DNA of 26,975 nucleotides from a virus (taxonomy: Duplodnaviria; Caudoviricetes): positions 1-26,975 of IMG/VR virus record IMGVR_UViG_3300038675_000903. One strand, written 5' to 3'. Positions 25,763 to 26,975 of the stretch are shown piece by piece. Position 1 is the first letter of the stretch. Every line of letters starts with the position of its first letter. A program made the translations under genes and the position numbers. Below the pieces are notes generated by a model, which was given only the letters and a program-made list of their open reading frames with translations, made no database searches and had not been told where the DNA came from.

Positions 25763-26975
25763 ATGGCCATTATCGCGACGGGCAGTAAAACCATCATCGA
25801 CCTTTCGGACGGGAAAAGCCTGTCCGTGTATCTTGGCGCAAACCAGCCGCGCACGCAAATCTACGACGTAAACGCCAATACCTACGCGCCCAACTGGACG
25901 AGCACGGCGGGGCGGCTCGTCGTCACGCCCGTGATCTACGCCAATCAAACGGCGATTGCGCTTACGGATTCCGCGCTGACCATCACGTGGAAGCGCAAAG
26001 AAGGTTCCGGCAACGAAGCGGCGCTTACGACCGGCGAAGCAGTCAGTGCAAATGTGCTTACGGTGTCCGCGAACAAACTCGCAGCCATTGACAGCGGCTT
26101 ACTTACCTATATCGCGTATGTCGCCTACGCCGACCCGGACACGGGACTGACCGTCAACGCGCAGACGGATATTACCTTCGCCATGATCAAGACTGGTCAG
26201 AACGCGAAGAGCGCGTGGATCTCCGGCCCGCAGGTGTTCAAATATGCAAACGGCGGTTCTACGCCCGCGCCCACGCAAATCACCCTGACAGCGAACCTTC
26301 AAAACGTCACGATGGGCAAGTGGCAGTACAAGAACGGTTCCGACGTTTGGGCGGACTATCCGACTACGGCGGACAACGCGAGCATCACCGGCACGACGCT
26401 TATCGTCAAGCCCGCGCACGATATCTGGGTGAGCGACTGCGCGGCACTGAGGATCACGACATCGGACGCGAACATCGGCGATGAGACCAGCCTTTTCAAG
26501 GTGTCCGATGGCGCGGACGGCGGCACGGCGGCTTCCTCGTCCATCGCGTTCTTATCGAACGAAAACATCACTTTCGCGGGCAACGCGAACGGTCAGGTGA
26601 GCGCGATTACCGTGACATGCAATGTGGTCGCCTATACCGGCTCCATGAAGGTCACGCCCACGGTCGGCACGGTTTCGGGCGCGGTTACGGGCATGACGGT
26701 CACGAAGGGCAATGCTTCGAGCAATGAAATTCCTATCAGCATCGCCATCGCCGCCAACGCAACGCTGGGCGGCGCGGGTCAACAGTCGGGCACGATTACC
26801 GTGCCGATCACTTCGCCTGTCACTACGTCGCTTTCTATCCGCTGGAGCAAAGTCAATACCGGCGCTGCGGGCGCGGCAGGTGCTGCCGGAGCGAGCGCGG
26901 TCGTGTTCTCGTTGTATGCGCCGAACGGTACCGTCTTTGTGAACGGCGAGGGGAGTCTGGCAATCCAGACCGCCG
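25763..26975 (+). CDS. Tail fiber/receptor-binding or baseplate protein, beta-rich, 3'-truncated (absent from the ORF track)
   Basis: ATG 25763 after GGAGGG. By hand translation the frame is open to the window end: MAIIATGSKTIIDLSDGKSLSVYL...Y.PNW...ITWKRK...KWQYKN...GAAGAAGAAG. Confidence 0.85.
   Translation, partial: MAIIATGSKTIIDLSDGKSLSVYLGANQPRTQIYDVNANTYAPNWTSTAGRLVVTPVIYANQTAIALTDSALTITWKRKEGSGNEAALTTGEAVSANVLTVSANKLAAIDSGLLTYIAYVAYADPDTGLTVNAQTDITFAMIKTGQNAKSAWISGPQVFKYANGGSTPAPTQITLTANLQNVTMGKWQYKNGSDVWADYPTTADNASITGTTLIVKPAHDIWVSDCAALRITTSDANIGDETSLFKVSDGADGGTAASSSIAFLSNENITFAGNANGQVSAITVTCNVVAYTGSMKVTPTVGTVSGAVTGMTVTKGNASSNEIPISIAIAANATLGGAGQQSGTITVPITSPVTTSLSIRWSKVNTGAAGAAGAAGASAVVFSLYAPNGTVFVNGEGSLAIQTA

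Noticed and set aside
22902-26975. Diversity-generating retroelement or invertible tail-fiber system
   Set aside because: No reverse transcriptase, invertase, or adenine-specific TR/VR repeat pair was seen in the window.
1-26975. Gene transfer agent or tailocin interpretation
   Set aside because: The full head and packaging set, long tape measure, intein and morons fit a prophage. Domestication cannot be judged without the flanking regions.

Overview
This window is the packaging, head and tail (late) region of a long-tailed, HK97-fold temperate phage or prophage. The host is probably Gram-positive (Bacillota), inferred from strong GGAGG RBSs, a ClpP-type prohead protease and a GH25-SH3b lysin. 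Core gene order: terminase large subunit (5'-truncated, with a LAGLIDADG intein carrying the class-3 W-C-T signature), HNH, portal, ClpP protease, major capsid, head/neck genes, major tail, frameshifted tail chaperones, a 2102-aa tape measure, Dit, Tal-like protein and a 3'-truncated tail/receptor protein. Several cassettes interrupt this operon: three type II toxin-antitoxin modules (Phd-RelE/ParE, HicAB, RelB/DinJ-PIN), each with its own sigma70 promoter, a beta-class DNA methyltransferase coupled between portal and protease, a lysin between tape measure and Dit, and several hypothetical morons. Notable non-coding structure: two dense clusters of short-loop hairpins around the 3' end of the protease gene (one a 99-bp in-frame unit) and 11-bp phased repeats upstream of HNH. 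All product calls come from motif and synteny recognition by eye; no database searches were run.
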